NCBI GenBank assembly: GCA_002633005.1
Contig: NMRA01000014.1
Coordinates: 397,898 to 461,897 of the forward strand
Length of the DNA: 64,000 nucleotides
Source: Phoronis australis
Taxonomy: Eukaryota > Animalia > Phoronida
Direction of reading: 5' to 3'
The translations under genes and the position numbers were made by a program. This document shows, one piece after another, positions 1 to 12,100 of this stretch. The stretch's first letter is position 1, and every line of letters begins with the position of its first letter. The notes beneath the pieces were generated by a model that was not told where the DNA came from, did not search any database, and saw only the letters and a list, made by a program, of their open reading frames with translations.

Positions 1-2036
1 CCGTCACCATCCCCAAGCATTGATCCTTCAAAGTGATAATGTTCGTACTATACGTAGAAACAAGGGCTAAATGTTCAACCTCTTGCCGACAAGACATATT
101 ATCTTGGAAATGCGGTTGAATTTCTTTCGTCTAATCCACGTTTTACAATAGATGCCAAAGTATAGGTACACACTGGATTGCCATCATTGCATAATGGGTG
201 ACCACGTAGTCTCCGGGCATGAAAAGAATTCTCTCCTGGCGTGATAAGTTTTCTGACGCAATAAATCCTGATTGTCAATTGTTTTTGATTCTACAGAGAT
301 TTCAATTCCTGAATAGAAAATGTGTGTTCTGAACTTTTCCGCTTCAGCTTTCCATTCAGCTAACTATTGCACATCACCGTGTTTTTACTATCCCGTGGCG
401 TCTCCACTGCCGGCAACGAATCACTTCTGGTACAACCTTCCGTAAATGACGTTCGTATTTTGCACATTTCTTCGGGGTAACAGTTTTCCAAGAGCTATAT
501 GATCAACGGACAAGTTTCTGTTTGGTATTCGGTTTTATTTTCTTTTTCAGGTAGTCCTTGAGCTCATGCTCTGAATGTTTTGAAAACGCAACTCTTTCTT
601 TACGCAGATACGTTTTCTGCCCGTGGCACCGACTCGGTGAATTCATCAACCAAAATATTTTTTTGAAAATGCCGTCAAAAGTGCACTTTTTTAAAACACC
701 ATAGTCGTCAGTGTAAAAAAGCGAAATGAACAAATTTGTAAACACTGCTCAAAGCACTTTTGTGGACATATGGAAACGCCAACGTCTTTGTCTTACAACG
801 CTGCATGTGCTTGGCATTTCTGATAAAGCGTTCTCATAATGGAAACTTTTTTAAGACTGAGCACCATTTCAAAAAATTGTATTTTTTCTTACAGCTGAGC
901 ACAAAAGAATTATTTTGTGATTTAAGGAATGAAACGGAACCAAATCTCGAGTGGTGACTGATTAGAATTGGCAAAACTCGGGGAGGGGTGGTGTTACAAG
1001 CCAAGCAAAGCACTTCTCATTCATCGTCACTTACTACCTGCGGTGGCCAGATCATACGCTATAAATATCACCAGACGCTTTGCTTCTCAAAAGTGCACCT
1101 TGATGTATTTTCTATCATTTTTTGCCATCGCAATCGCTTTACCAAAGATTCATGCACATATGCCGCTTAGAGACAACACCTCTTCACCACGTATTCACAT
1201 CTTCCCGTTCACAATTGTTTTATTTTACATAATTTGTCAATATGTTGTTGACAGAAAGTGTTTATTTTTGGAACAACGTGAACGACCAACTGATAGGGGC
1301 CTACGTGTACACGTAACTAGCCCAGATTTTAACGTCACCGATACATGAAAACAGAATGCGCAAAGCTACAATTGGCTGTAACCTCAACAGTGGTCATTCC
1401 GTGTTTGATGTCACCGTCATAGTTCGTGGAAATCGTAACCATAGTATGATTTCGAAGTTAGAGCCGTAGAAGTCCATGGGTTTAGGGCATACTGGACCGT
1501 GAATTTCGCCGGGTCAATACTATGAAAATTAAATCCCCGGAGTGAGAACTCTTCGCGGTGTAACAACTCACTCACTAATCCTTCATCATGGGCGCGTGAT
1601 AGGAGACCATTGAATAACTTAAAACACGCAAAAACGATGCAGTTTGGCGTTACACAAACAAAATCAATTGTGGGCGAAGACTGCGAAAAACAGCCGCGTT
1701 TACAAAATGACTATACAGCGTTGTATTGACCGGGAAGCAACCGATTTAATACAATTTGTTAACGTTAGGAGTCAAATTAAAGATCAAATGTAAAGAAAAC
1801 TTTCACGTTTTTCATCCAAAACTTGTTGCATTGTCCATAATCCAATGTTTACTAATGCCGCTTGCCTTCAACCTTCGAAGTAGTGGTGTTACACAACCGA
1901 CGTGAACTCATGTAACCGAGACAGCAAAACTAGGTTAAGTTATTTGACCCTGTGCTAAGACGAATATGCATCGACACGCAAAGTGGTATGAGCCTGACAA
2001 CCTATTACGCAACTGCTACTCTAGCCTAACAAAAGC

Positions 2037-2233
2037 AGCCGACCAGCTGGTCGTCTGATGGCCGGTCGGCTAAAGGGTCGGCTGAAGGGTCGGCTGTGGG
2101 GTCGCCTTATGAGTCGGCACTGCGGGCGGCTGCCGGTCGGCTAATTTTTAGCCGACCGGTCGGCTAATTTGCCGACCGGTCGACGGCCGGTCGTCGACCA
2201 ATTTCCGACCGGTCGGCCAAAAATTCGTGATGT
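2037..2233. repeat. GC-rich cluster of GCCGACCGGTCGGC palindromic units, probable transposon subterminal region
   Basis: More than ten direct and inverted GTCGGC/GCCGAC units ending in CGTGATGTG. Confidence 0.6.
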
Positions 2234-3007
2234 GTGCTGTATCTCATTCACACGCTTACCATTCACAACACAGGGTGGGGGGGAACAAACAACAATGAAA
2301 CAAAAAAGTTCAGTTCCATATGATTGTCAATGAAGCTAAAGAAAGTGTGTCTGGGTTCGGGTCATTTGTCTGACAAAAATGTCACAGGTCGTAACTGTTT
2401 ACATGTCTTCTCAGGAATTATTTCAAATCAATACTGAAACAATTTGTTCTTCACGGCCAGCTGCTACCTAATCTCCTAAATCAATTCAGATGATATACAG
2501 TCCAGCCTTTTCTCCACGACTTATTCCACAAAAGGTACCAAAAAGTCGCCATACATTTACAACAAAACATATTTTTTCAAGAATTTCGAAAAAGACTGAG
2601 CCGAGCACACGTGTCTCGGTATCTGGGTTATCTCCATTTGACCTTTTTGATACAAGTCATATAAAACGTTTAGTTACCATAACCTTCTATGGGGTGCGAT
2701 TTAAACATTGCAAAGTGTGTAGCACGATCATGCAAGTTACGGAAAAAAATAGTGTTTTGTGAGTAAACTTGCGACCTTATACAAGCATACACTAGAAAAT
2801 GGTTGCCACATGAGATTGGATGGCAAGGTTAGAATGTTAATTTAAAGGAGAAAATTCATCATTGCTGTTCTAAAAACTCAGACTTGGTCTTATTTTCAGT
2901 GCTACTAATTCAGTTTTTTTTGGCGGAGCCTGTTAGCTCATAATTTGTACTAAAAGACACTTTAATAGTGTCTCCAGATTTTCAATAGTTTCTGACTTGC
3001 AACATAC

Positions 3008-3173
3008 CTTTGGAGATGGCTAGTTCCTGTAACAGAGCCATGTACTCCAGTCGCTTGGGGTGTTCTGGGTTGTAGAGTGTGTAAGCATATGACACCAGTG
3101 CTGCAGTGTAGGAATCCAGAGTGGGCATTGGTTGAATATCCAAGCAGGAAATGGCACTGGTCACAGTTTCAGA
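3008..3173 (-). CDS. A2M: A2M-like exon 25 (...AISCL...[12 protein letters not shown]...)
   Basis: YTxALxxYAxxL helix motif; TAG/GTATG; last exon recognisable in the window. Confidence 0.92.
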
Positions 3174-6100
3174 CTACGAAAGGTAGATAAATATTATGTT
3201 AAAACAGAAAATGTTGTGAAGGCCAGATTCCAATACCAGTATGTAATGCATAACACACGATGTATTTAGTAATAAAATAAAAGAGACGTTTTCATTAATT
3301 TTGTTCCCAATGTGTTAATGCATTATTCAAAAATGGATTGAGCAGTGACTGAAAATGTTTAACGGAGAAGGACTATGTTATCATGACCTCAGCGACTGGG
3401 TTTTCCAAAAGACTGCTGAGAAATACACTATAGAAACAAATTGTGCCCAGAAACACACCATAATAAACGTTTGTGCCCAGAAACAAACAATTATTAACCA
3501 TTGTGCCCAAAAAGGAGTGTCCAGAAAGGAATCATAATTTGTTTGTGAAAAGCATCATGTTTCATTAATTTTGCATGTTTATGATATTATGTTAGTGATC
3601 CTCCCTGAAAATTACAATCCCACCTACTCCACGACATATCATATGCAAACCAGATCATTCAACTATTTTTAAAAACTTACGCTGGCGGGGAGCCCAGCTT
3701 CCAACATGGCAACCAGCACGTATGCTGTAAGTGCAGACTGGCTTCCCCCACTGATTCCACCTTGCATGTATTTACTGAGCACACGGCCCACTGACGGGAA
3801 GCAACCATTCTCCAGCTGATGTCCGATGAACCATGATATACTCTTGTTCAGCACCACTTCGTCGATGAAAATGAATGGTTTGGCCTGAAAATGGCAGACA
3901 GTAGCACAACGTGTAACCAAATTACTGAGTATGGAAGGAAAATTCTTGAAGAAAACAATATGGTGGACAGTCATCAGAGATTGGAGGGCCTTCAAGTGCC
4001 CATTTTTGTGAGCGACAGGTTTTATTTTTCCACGTAAATAATGCATCTCAAAAACAGCAAAAATGGCCACTAGGTGGTGCAAAATACCTCGATTCCATCC
4101 AAAAACGAGAGGATAGTGTCATCTCACCACAAAATGCCCAGATTCAAAATTTTATGAAAACCCAATGAGGACCTTTGAAAATATAGAAGAAAACGTAAAA
4201 CTAAAATTGCTACCAGGGTGCACACCTATAGTTAGATCCATTCGAAAATCGTCGTCGTCCGACGTCAACATCATATAAACACACTTCTTTAATTTAGTAA
4301 AGATCCTGCAAATGGTTTAGGAGATACGGCCATGGGAGAAAAAAAAACGAAACTGCCACTAAGAGGCGCCACAGTAATCGAAGTCATCAGAAAATCATCG
4401 TCACCAGTCCACTTCAGAGTAAAAACATACATGCCAATTTTCACAATTATCCTGAAAGCGGTTTGGTTGATAGAGGGGTGGACGCCGAAATACAGACGCA
4501 AAAACACTAAATATGGCCACTAGGGGGCGCAAACTCTACATCAAATCCATCTGAAAATGGAAAGATAGCGTCACCTAACAGAAGCCTGTACACCAAATTT
4601 CATGAAAATACATTGAGGGCCTTTGAAGATAAACACGTAAAAAAATAAAATTGCCACTAGGTGGCACAACAGTAGTCAGATCTGTCCGTAAGTCGTCGTC
4701 GTCATCATTATATAAATGCACTCACTAAATTTAGTAAAGTTTTAGGAGATATAGCCATAGGCTAAAAAAAACAAAACTGCCACTAGGAGGCGCCACAGTA
4801 GTCAGAAGTCGTCGGAAAATCATCGTCAACCTTGCTCTTCATAGTAGGAACTAACATGCCAATTTTCACCGATAATCACGCTTAGAGCGGTTTGGTTGAT
4901 AGCGGGGTGGACGCTAAAAAACAGACTCGAAAACAGTAAAAATGGCCACTAGGTGGCACAAACTACATCGAATCCATCCGAAAACGAGAGGATATTTTCG
5001 TCTCACTAATACTTGCCTATATATCAAATTTTATGAAAATATGTTTAGGACCTTTGAAGATACCGAGGTAAACGTAAAAAACTAAAATTGCCACTACGGG
5101 CACACCAGTAGTCGTATCCATCTGAAACTTCGCTCATGCCGTCTCATCCATGAAAGCAACACGGGTAAAATTTCATGAACATAAGTCAACTGGTTTTGGA
5201 GATAGAGCAGCGGACGCCGGATGCCAGACGAACGCCGCCCGGACGGACGGACGGACAGAGATGACGGCATAATGCATCCACATATAAAAATGTGGACGCA
5301 CAAAAAGAATGCAAAGGTTTTGCTGATCTTGCAAGGAAAGTTTTCCAATATGGCTTGGTCTTTCAGAACAGACACAGCGCACTTGTCAAAAGGTTTGTAT
5401 TGAACCTATCCCGTACAGACAGAGATCTTCTCTCTCAACACTGAGGAATCCAAATTTCTTCGAACACATGAAAACTGCGAATCGAAGACTAATAAAAATT
5501 GATCTTTGTTAAAAGCATGTTGCCAGGAAGCACATGCTACATACATGTACCAGTCATCGAAGACATTAGTCTTCGGGAACTACATGTATCTATTCACGAA
5601 ACGGGTAGCATCACATCGGCAAGAAATAAATATTGTCACTAATTTCCGAAAGTCTCTAATACAGTAAAACATGTTCGCCTTATTTTTAGGAAGAATTATT
5701 TAATTAATCATAATTGGTGTATTTGAAGTCAAAATAACCCACCGATACTGAACCCTTGTGCACCCTTACAGTCCCCCCCCGAATCTCCTGGAAAATAACT
5801 GGCGACTCACCGAGACAATTCTCTAAATGTTTTTTAGCATATGAGACCAACAAGTGCTAAATAAAACACGACCTGCTTTACTGCTTGTGTTAATTTCTTT
5901 AGATACAGTGCACACCTAGATCGTTACATTGCATTTACTCTGGCAAATGAATTCTGATGACACGCACGCACTCGGTCACTCACACAATACGAAGACGAAC
6001 TTCAAAACAAACCTCACGTGACAACAACATGTGTTACAGGGTACGATCTAGCGCAGATTTGGACTTAATAATTTTTTATGCAGTTAATCCTAACTCGACA

Positions 6101-9100
6101 GGAACTTAAAAATCTTAGGGACGCTATTTTGAAAACTTAGGGAGGACTTCGGGTAATTTGTTGAGGTGAAACTGTATTTTCATTCAAGAATTCAAGTTGC
6201 TCTATAGACGATCGCGAGGCAGCGACGCATCAATCGGCTAGTTTTTGCCCTGGGATTTCAGCATTATTTTCTGAAAAATGGTCGTAATTATACAACGAAG
6301 CTTGATAGCAATGCACCACAATTATATAGAAAGTCTGTCATAGGTTACAGATACGTCACAAAGCGTAAATTTTATGAATCCTAGCTTAAGATTTCACCTG
6401 TTTCGCAGACCGGGTTTTAACCGGCTCAGGCTATAATAAGCGCCCCCTTCCTGAAACATATTTTTCTAAGCGCTCTGGGTGCTTATTGGGGCAAATATGG
6501 TACGTCTTTTTCTGCCCTTGTAATATTCAACGTAACCACTCATGTTCACATCGATTGAAATTCATAATTACACTCAACACATAGATGCTGTTGCTATATA
6601 TACTTCATCAACACATGGAATTCTATATTTGCCCATAATTAAACTTATGAGCATGCCACGGCAAAGCCAACCAATGATCACTTCCTGTAACAGTATCATG
6701 TGACCTGGACTAACCTGGGCGAAACATTTGACGACGAAAGCAGTCAACCACATACTTCCAGAGTCATCACTCATGCCAAATGCACTGTAGGAACCATCAG
6801 GGTGTTTGTAGGTCAACTCACGCTGGTAACCTGAAGGGATGGAGTAGTCCACAAAATGCATTCAATAAACAGGAAATAAAGTTAGGCTAACAAACCAATA
6901 AACTTTGGCAAGAGTTTTGCCCAAGTTCGAGGGAGTTATGTCTACTATAGCTGATAAGCAAATTTGCAGCAAGTTCTTACTATGCAATGTCCAGAAAAAC
7001 TGTCAAAAAATTTCTGCCACAGTGACTATACTTTGACCAACACGCACATACTACATACTCCATAATAAGGAGAGTACTCGATAGTGAAAACAAGACAGTA
7101 AACTACGCCCCTTACTAGATTATGTATTTCGCCACAGTTTAGTCATTACTAGTATGACTTCTCACCTGATCTCATATATTCCTTAGCTTTACCCTCGATT
7201 ATCTCACTAGAAAGGCCTGTATTCTGCAGATACTGCAAGACAAAGATGTTGGGTGCAAAGCCGACCATGTTCTGCTCACCACATCCATATGGCATGCGCA
7301 GCAGGTTGTCTAGATTGGAGAGGGCTGGGCCCATAATGTCACCTAAGAAATGACAAGTGAGTGACAGGTGTGAGTCAAATGAAGCATTAGGGATATTACC
7401 AAGAATGTTATTTACGAACAAAATGTATCTCAGTGAAACTAGTGAACTTGACGCATTTGTTGGATAATTTCAAAAACTGGGGGAAACTGGCATATGCACC
7501 ATCACTCAGATTCGGAAAAACTGTTAGTAAGAAATGAGAAAGTAGCGATGACTAATTTTACAAATATTTTGTTGGACATTGAAATACAACTATTAACTCC
7601 GAAACATAAAACATGACCCAACTGCTCATATTTTCAACTGAGACCATTTCATGAATGTAATAAGCACCTGAAGACAATCTAGTACTGAGCGAAGACAGTA
7701 ACACCATGTTACAGGCTGGTCCAACTCACTTGATACTCTGCACTCATGAATTCAGTTAGACAGCTCAAACATACCAATGACTGTCACAGAGCCCCGTGCC
7801 GATCCATTGACAACATTAGAAGGTAGAGGGAGGTCAATTTCCTTGAAGTCAGACGTGTCCTCACCATCTGCGACAGTTAATACTATTTATTTAAACAAGT
7901 CAAGAGATGAACGATACAAAAGTAGCAAAACTATTTACAGCAACTGATATAAAGGCGATAGTAAGTGAATAGAATTCTGGTTTGACATTACACTAAAATT
8001 GAGACATTGAAAAAAAAGAGTGCAGGAGGTCTGGTGTCATTTGCAGAGCATCAAACATGCGCAGGTCTCATGGTTGGGCCTGTTGCACCAAACACCTGAA
8101 CTAAGAACACAAATGCCCCGTTATAGATCAACAGGTGCTTCGTGAAGGAAGTTTTCAAGTTAGTCAGTCTCCTTAAGAAAACCCGGCGACAGACGTTCCA
8201 CTTGCTGCAATGCACAATTTGGTGTAGGCATGTAACAGTGCCAACCAGTAGGTTGCTCCTTAGCCTATAAAAAGCTGAGCAAGACTCCACCACGTGTTTA
8301 AGGGTTTCAACTTCAACACTACACTTGGGACACACTGCGCGACCCCATACGCCCAATAACATATCTGTGTCAGGCTAGGTTACAGTGGTCTATCAAAATG
8401 CGAATGACTGTCTTATGCCCAATCTACCAACATGCCATAAGCATTCCCACTAAATAAGATTGCCCCAAACCCCGCCGATCAGGGAAAACGGTGGGGTTTG
8501 GCCGATTGAACTAGACCGTATTTATCCACCTTGGCTGTGTCGCGCTCAGCTCACGATCAAAGGGATCCTGCCAAGCTGCTCTATTCATCGAGTCACTAGC
8601 GAGGATAATTGGCTCCGCTCATGCGGATACCTTCAGCTGATTACAATCTAGCCTAGATGACTGTACCTTTATAGAGAGCATTTTACGTAGTTTTGAGAGT
8701 AATATTTGAAAAGAGAAAAAAAATGTTGGTACAACTTTGAATTTTTCAAATCGGCCCAGAATATGTGTGTTGCAACACTCACAATTACTTTCATTCGGCG
8801 AGCACGAATACAAAAATATAGGACCCAAGTTATAATAATATAGAACTACTCTGTATTTTACTTAGATTTTGGAACACATGCATTGCAATATTCAAAATAC
8901 AACTTTATTATACCTCTTGCAAGCTGTAAAACGACTTTGTTCAATTTCATTGTGCTCATTCCATTGTCATCCGTCAAGTCGGAAATTTCCCATTTCCCCC
9001 TCAAGAACATTTAAAAAAAATTCCCCTCATCAAGTCAAATAATTGCCCTCTGAATAATAAAAAATCCCCTTGTGGTTTTAAACTCAATCCTAAAAATATT

Positions 9101-12100
9101 GTGCTAAAACCCACTGATTTTAATCACGAGGCCTCCAGACCCCGGAGACGTCACAAACTGGTGCCAAATAGACTGGTTACTCTTTCATATTGAAAACACA
9201 AAACTAAAAGACAACTTCCCTTTGTTTGTGGCTCATTGGAACTAAAAGAAGTCCTACAAGAGAAAAAATGTGGAAACACAAGCAACGGAGCATAGAAACA
9301 CACAGGAACTAGAAAATGTTTTTGCTGAATAACTTGCAGTGCACTCCTCTCAGAAGCTAAAGCACACCACATTTAACAGCTAGCAAAACAGGATTACTCA
9401 CTAGTTAATTATATATAGATGCAGAGACTGGCCAAAAGTGAGATATATCAAATAAACACAAAAGAACAGCAACACGGAGCGTTGAAATGCGCCCACCAAT
9501 GCCGCGCAAATGGTGTGCATCTAGGGTTGTTCGTTTCATAAAAATAGCCACCCCGACACTAGTTGGCGCAAAAACGTCCAATTCATCTGAAAACGGAAAC
9601 ATGCTATAGCTTCATTCATAGACAGCTATTTACCAAATTTCATAAAAATTTGTCAAGGAACTTCAGAGAAACAAAGGAAAACAGAAAAAAATAAAATTTC
9701 CACTATGGGGCACAGCGTTCATTGTATCCGTCAGAAAGACGACATTGTCTGTTGTTAGCTTCCTATAAATATAATTACTACATTTGATAAAGATCCTGCA
9801 GTGTGCTCAGGAGATGCAGCTATGGGTGAAAAACAAACAAAACTACCACTAGGAGGCGCCACAGTCGAATTCGTTATTGTCAACCCTCCTTTTCACACTG
9901 AGAACATTATGCCTATTTTCAAAAACATCCTTAGAAAGGTTTGGTTGATCGAGGGGTCAGGATGCCAAAAACAGACTTGAAAACAGGAAAAATACCACTA
10001 GGTGGCGCAAAGCACCTCAATTCCATCCGAAAACGGGAGGATAGCATCACCTCACCAACAGGTGCCTATATTTCAAATTTTCTAAAAATCCACTGAGGAC
10101 CTTTGAAGATAAGGGCCACACTGGGGGTCAGATCCGTCTGAAAGTTGTTGTCATCTGTTGTCATCATCATATAAATACACTTGCCGAATTCAGCAAAGAT
10201 CCTGCTAACAGTTTAGGAGATACATCTATGGGTGCAAAAAACAGAACTGCCACTAGGAGGTGCCACAGTATTCGAAGTCATCAGAAAATCGTCAGATTCG
10301 AATACATGCCAATTTTCACAATCGTCCTTAGAGCAGTTTGGTTGATAGAGGGGTGAACGCCAAAAAACAGGCTCCAAAACAGGAAAAATGGCCACCAGGT
10401 GGCGCAAACTATGTCAAATCCATCTGAAAACCGGAGGACACGTGATCTCACTAATAAATACCTATATGTCAAATTTTATGAAAATGCATTGAGGACCTTT
10501 AAAGATACAGAGGTAAGCGTAAAAAACTATTTGCCACTAGGGGGCACACCAGTAATTGAATCTGTCCCATCCATAAAAAGAACATATGTGCCAAACTTCA
10601 CGAATGTACATCAAAGGTTTTGGAAAAAGAGGAGAGGATGCCAGACAGACAGATGCCGGACGGAGATGACGGCATAATGCGTCCAGATATGTTGGCGCAT
10701 AAAAAAACGCCTCGAAAATTCTGGTTAGAAGGTACACGCATCTTTCCCCTCATGAACAACCATAACAATGACATATCAAAGAGCGACACTGACCCAACTC
10801 TGTCACTGAATGGGATAACAACCTAGTGACTGAGGTTAAAGATTATAATCTCCCAACACCCAACTTTCTACACTAATAACTTATTCTTGTGTCAGACTGA
10901 GGGAGGAATGAGAACCTGTTTTATTGCCAGGAAATAGGTTGGTTAAATAACCATCTTCTAAGGACAATATAATATAGTAGCTAACAACAGTTTCGAGTTA
11001 AATGTTTACCTTTCTCTGGACAGAAGAAGGAGCTAAATGTGTACTCTTGAGGAAGGCCCTCGGGTTCTACCAACATAGGGCGAATAACAGCATCGGTCAG
11101 ACCAGTCAGGATGCTCATTGGTCTACGGCCACAAACTGTTTGGTTAGCTGCAGTACGAGCCTGAACAAAAATAAAAGAAATTTAATCAACGGTTTTCTTG
11201 CAAATGACACACAATTGGTAATAAAAATAGAATTACAATTGATGATAGAGAATTAAAATATTTTTCTCAGTTTCACATTAAAACAACATCAGCACCAAAA
11301 ATCTGATTAAAGTCTTAGCAATCACCATGTAATCAAACGTATTTGAGAGAAGAAAAAACTGAGTTACTTACAGCAACTGTGATGTTAACATTGCCAAGTT
11401 TCATGGGAATAATACGGAACTTGTGTGTCATCGTTTCTTGCCCGCAGACACAAAGGTCAACTGAGTTAACCTTGTTCAGTCTGTGGTAGCCTCCATCTGG
11501 ACTCCTCTTCAGGCGCAGATTAATCTACACAACGTTATCAAAATGTAAAGTGACATAGTTTTTGTTATTACCTGGTATCATACAGAGACACTCAATGAAC
11601 TTGAACCATTACTTCCACAATTTGTTCATACATCACTTACATCATACACAAGACCATATTCACATGACTACTCCTGTCTTTCAAACATGCTCATGAAACA
11701 ATGATGAAAAAAAGTTGATATAAACGGCAGTGATTGTGATGGATTAGGTATACCTAATTACAGGTTACCTATCCAGGATAACCTGTACACTAACAATGAG
11801 TCACCGGGTTTTTTAACTTACCGCCAGACATTCATCCAGATAGTTAAAAACAGATATCAACACAGGCACCTTCTCTCCACGAATGACCGAGTATGGCAGG
11901 TTGAAGGAAGCAAAGAAAGGTTTGAAAGCCTTGAGGGTGGTGATGGGTGCTACACCCAGTCCCACGGTAGGGTTGGTGCAGAAAGCACTCCCAACCCACT
12001 CAGTGATGGTATCAGGAACTTTCTTGGGCACTGCAAGCTCACCGCTCGCGCTGGAAATGACGAGGTTCATGATAACTAACTTAAAAGATAGATTTACAAA

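Noticed and set aside
11500-11520. RLKR motif in exon 19
   Set aside because: Falls in an expected MG7 beta-strand rather than an inserted loop; unlikely to be a processing site.
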